Shown here one piece after another: positions 60,357-64,000 of a stretch of 64,000 nt of DNA. The stretch spans positions 1,600,001 through 1,664,000 of the forward strand of contig OZ252244.1 in NCBI GenBank assembly GCA_965249575.1. The letters run 5' to 3'. This DNA is from Gemmatimonadales bacterium (GTDB taxonomy: Bacteria; Gemmatimonadota; Gemmatimonadetes; Gemmatimonadales; GWC2-71-9). The first letter of the stretch is position 1, and each line of letters opens with the position of its first letter. The position numbers were made by a program, and so were the translations under genes. The notes beneath the pieces are model-generated. The model saw only the letters and a program-made list of their open reading frames with translations, searched no databases and was not told where the DNA came from.

Positions 60357-63300
60357 ATGCCCGAAGCGCCCGAATACCGCTGGACGTCCCGAGCCGGGAC
60401 CTACTCGCGAGGCTTACGGAGGAGCGTCTCCCTCTGGGCATGTGGAGCGGCCAGCCAGAGCGTAGGTTCTTTCGGGACATATACTTCGATACGGCCGAAG
60501 GCGATTTGCGGAATCGGGGCGTCACCTGCCGCTTCCGAATCGACGTGCAGGACCGGCGCATCCTGACCATCGATATTCGCGATCCGGCTGGCCTCCGCGC
60601 CCCAGGTGCACGCGGGTCGAGCCGCCAATTCGACGCCGAGGTTGCCGACACCGATCCCCGTGAGGCGCTGAGCGGGTCGTCGGAACCGGCTCGACGCCCC
60701 TCCAAGCCGTGGTCAACCCACACGTGTTGGGACCCCGCCTGGAGCTCGAGGTCGAGCGCGTGAGCCGCGTTGCGCGTGGGCGATTCTCTCGCATCCCACT
60801 CATCGACCTGGCGTACGACTCGGTGACGGTGCGACGCGGTGAGCGTGTGACAAGGTTCCATGAAGTCGCGGCAAGCCCACGGATGGCCGGGCGCCGGCGG
60901 CTAGGCAAGTTGGCCACCGCTCTCGAAACAGCCTACCAACTGAGCCCCCTCATGATCGACCGTTTCGAGCGCGGACAACGGCTGCTCGAATCGGCGGAAG
61001 GCGAGGAGCTGGCGCGTTTCGTCAAAGGGCAGCACGCGGTCGCATTGATCGCGCTCGAGGAGGGGCACGTTGCCCTTCACGCCGCGGCTGACGGCCTGCA
61101 TTTACCCGTTCAAGATGGGCACGGCGAGGTCACCTGCCGCCAGGCTATGCGGAGCGCTTTCGGGAGCGCCGAGGGACGGTTGCGATTGCTCGGACCGGTG
61201 CCGGCGACGGAGACACGGCCGGCTCTCGAGGTATGGCTTGCCCGAGATTTGAGGCGTGATCCCACTCCCGAAGAGGACGAGAACATCGTGTGGATCACTC
61301 CTGGCGAGCTGGTGAACTGGGTGGGGTCACCGGTGTTGAAGGACACACGCACCCTCGCGGCACTTACCGTGGCGGCCCGCTCGGACCTCATGCCGGAGTG
61401 GACGGTACTGGATGCCACTGGCGGCCCACCGAGACGAACACCCGTGGTGAGCTCGGAGCCGGCCTCACGGGCTCGACGGTCGCTCGACGACCTCAAGGCG
61501 GTCCCGTTGCCGGAGGAAGCGCTGGATCCGTGGCGATCGGTGCCGGAGCATTTCATCAACCGGGACTTGAGTTGGATGGAGTTCGACGCCCGGGTACTCG
61601 CACTCGCCGAAGACCCTGGCGTGCCTCTTCTTGAGCGGCTTCGCTTCCTTTCGATCGTTTGCCGCAACCTCGACGAGTTCTTCATGGTGCGCATCGCGGA
61701 TCTCAAGCGCCGCGCGGTGAAGGGAACCCCCAGCGCGAGCCCCGACGGGCTCACGCCACGAGACACCCTGGACGCTCTGGCCGTGAAAACCCGCGCTAGT
61801 GGAGCGGTCGTATCGGTGCTTCGCGGACCTCAGGGACCGGCATCTGCCCTCCCACGAGATCAATATTCGCGCATGGGCTGGCCTCGAAGAGTCCGAGCGC
61901 TCCGCGCTCCGAGCCCTGTTTCAGGAGCAGATCGCACCAGCTCTCACACCAAAGGCCATCACGCGAGCTCCCGGGCACCCGTTCCCGACCATTCGCGAGC
62001 TGGCCGTGGCGCTGGCAGTCGTGATCCGCGATCCGGAGACCGCCAACGTGCACGTTGCCCAGCTCGAAATGCCCGACTCGCTCCCCAGACTCGTGCCTCT
62101 CGGCGGAGAGAGCTGCGACTACGTCCCGCTCGAGGAGGTCATCGGAGCCAATCTTCCGGATCTCTACCCAGGGCGCGACGTCGCGGGAGTACACCCCTTC
62201 AGGCTCACCCGGGCCGCCGATTTCGAGCTGGACGAACAGGCGACCGCCGATCTCGTCCATGCGGTCGAGGAGGGAGTGAGACGACGGCCGCTCGGCGCCG
62301 TCGTGCGGATGGAGGTCGACCGAAGGATGCCGCGTACGGTACGCGATCTTCTCCTGCAGGAGCTTCAGTTCGAAGCCGTCGATGAGGCGCGAGCGTTGGG
62401 CGCCGGCGACATGTTCGACATCGACGGCATGCTGGATCTCGGCTGCCTCAGCGAGATCGCGTCACTCCCGTTGCCGGCCATCCGCTACCCCGACTTCGAT
62501 GGAGCCTCGATCCTGCGTGCGGACGGGTCGGTGTTCGACGTGTTGGACGGGGAGGATGTGCTGGTTCACCACCCGTATGACGCGTTCGAGTCGACAGTGC
62601 AGCGTTTCTTCGAGCAGGCGGCCGACGATAGCGAGGTACTCGCGATCAAGCTCACGCTCTACCGCACGGGCGGGTTCCCGGAGTTGTCGAACGCCTTGCG
62701 CCGCGCGGTCGCCGCAGGGAAAGACGTGTGCGTGGTGGTAGAGCTCAAGGCACGGTTTGACGAGGTCCAAAACATCCAGTGGGCCCGCGAGCTGGAGCTG
62801 GCCGGCGCCCATGTCGTCACGGGATATGTCAGCCTCAAGACGCACTGCAAGGCCGCACTCGTGGTGAGGCGCAAGGAAGGCGTGCTCAAACACTATTCGC
62901 ACATCGGAAGCGGCAATTACAACGGTCAAACTGCTCGCCTGTACTCCGATGTCGGGCTCCTTACCTCGAATCAGGACATCGGCCGCGACCTAAACGCCTT
63001 GTTCAACGACCTCACCGGTTCCCCTCAGCCCCCCCACCCCGTCGAGGGAACGCTCCTCACTGCGCCCGGGAACCTCTTGAGCCGCATTCTCGATCTCGTG
63101 CGCCGGGAGGCGGAACACGCCCAAGGCGGGCGGGGCGGCCGGATCCGCATGAAAATCAACGGAATCGAAGACGCGGAGGTGATCAGCGCCCTGTACCAGG
63201 CTTCTCAGGCCGGCGTGGAGATCGACATCATCGCTCGCGGACCGTGCTCGCTCCGGCCGGGCATAGCCGGCCTGTCCGATCGCATACGTGTCGTAGGCAC

Positions 63301-63628
63301 CGTCGGCCGGTTCCTCGAGCACGCGCGCATTCTCCATTTCGGAAACGCAGGGAAGCCAGAGTATTACATCGGGTCGGCCGATCTCCGGCCCAGAAACCTC
63401 CGGCGGCGGGTGGAGACAGTCACGCCCGTGCTCGACCCGGCAGCCCGAGACCGACTCGACGGGATTCTCGAAACCGAGCTCGACGATCCACTCGCGTGGC
63501 GCCTCAACCCGGACGGCTCGTACGAGCGGGTCGCCGCGCCGACCGGAGTCGATTTGTTCAGTGCGCAAGAACGCTTCATGGACGCCGCCCGCAACCAGGG
63601 GAGTTCCCCGGGGGCGCCTAGCTCCTGA
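60357..63628 (+). CDS. ppk1: Polyphosphate kinase 1 with N-terminal CYTH-like and Nudix-like domains; three frameshifts (about 60383, 60699, 61795)
   Basis: FINRDLSWMEFDARVL, NLDEFFMVR, HHPY, KARFDE, KTHCK, GNYN, RFLEH.RI, SADLRPRNL; the upstream frames give RDIYFDT....L..RG...RFR. Confidence 0.88.
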
Positions 63629-63709
63629 TCCGCCCGCCCCCGCTGGTACCTACATCACATCCAGGCTGCGACCGATCACTATATTTACTGGGCTCAATTG
63701 CGCGATCAC

Positions 63710-64000
63710 ATGTACTGTCAACAATGCGGGGCGGAAGTCCCAACGGGAGAGAGCCGCTGCGCGGCCTGCGGGTGGGAAGTAGCCTCAACCACCCCGATGT
63801 CGGCCGTGGTACCTCCGTCGGGTAACGAATTGGCAGCCGTCTCAGAGGCGCTGGCGGGCGAATACGAGATCGTACAGGAGCTCGGTCGAGGAGGAATGGC
63901 CATCGTGTACCGGGCGACCGAGCGCTCGCTCGGCCGCGAGGTGGCGATCAAAGTGCTCCCGTTTACGTTCGCCTTCGACGCCGACTTCGTAGAACGGTTT
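63710..64000 (+). CDS. Hanks-type Ser/Thr kinase with an N-terminal zinc ribbon (partial, runs off the right edge)
   Basis: MYCQQCG...[24 protein letters not shown]...VAIKVL...FVERF. Confidence 0.9.
   Translation, partial: MYCQQCGAEVPTGESRCAACGWEVASTTPMSAVVPPSGNELAAVSEALAGEYEIVQELGRGGMAIVYRATERSLGREVAIKVLPFTFAFDADFVERF

Noticed and set aside
60357..61800. Programmed ribosomal frameshifting in ppk1
   Set aside because: No slippery heptamers, and three independent shifts would be needed.
1..64000. CRISPR array, tRNA/rRNA, IS, prophage or defence system
   Set aside because: No repeat-spacer periodicity, RNA-gene signature, transposase, integrase or defence motif was seen by eye.

Overview
A GC-rich, gene-dense bacterial chromosome segment whose gene set suggests Gemmatimonadota (inferred, not verified). 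From left to right it holds: a 2048-aa SprA/Sov-like outer-membrane protein divergent from lptF-lptG and a diaminopimelate/lysine operon (dapE-like, asd, lysC, dapB, dapA, dapD); an APC permease, ctaA, an ankyrin protein and a V4R-like protein; an ECF sigma/zinc anti-sigma operon; hemBC and ccmABCD; acs and dsbA-vkor; an M16 peptidase and TPR proteins; ppk2 (PAP type); a tandem LVIVD-repeat family; a molybdopterin oxidoreductase, ypdA, DNA-repair genes and a histone-H1-like protein. The right end is the most interesting part: a phosphate-handling locus with a PafA-type phosphatase, a secreted CotH-like kinase, a DUF4956 membrane protein, an apparently fused CYTH-Nudix-like-PPK1 and a Zn-ribbon Ser/Thr kinase. 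Several genes carry 1-2 nt indels or single nonsense codons, which may be sequencing or assembly errors. Four gene remnants are not visible as intact ORFs (csp, osmC, an NTF2 paralog and an LVIVD N-terminus). I saw no rRNA, tRNA, CRISPR array or mobile element. All calls come from motif recognition by eye; no database search was run.
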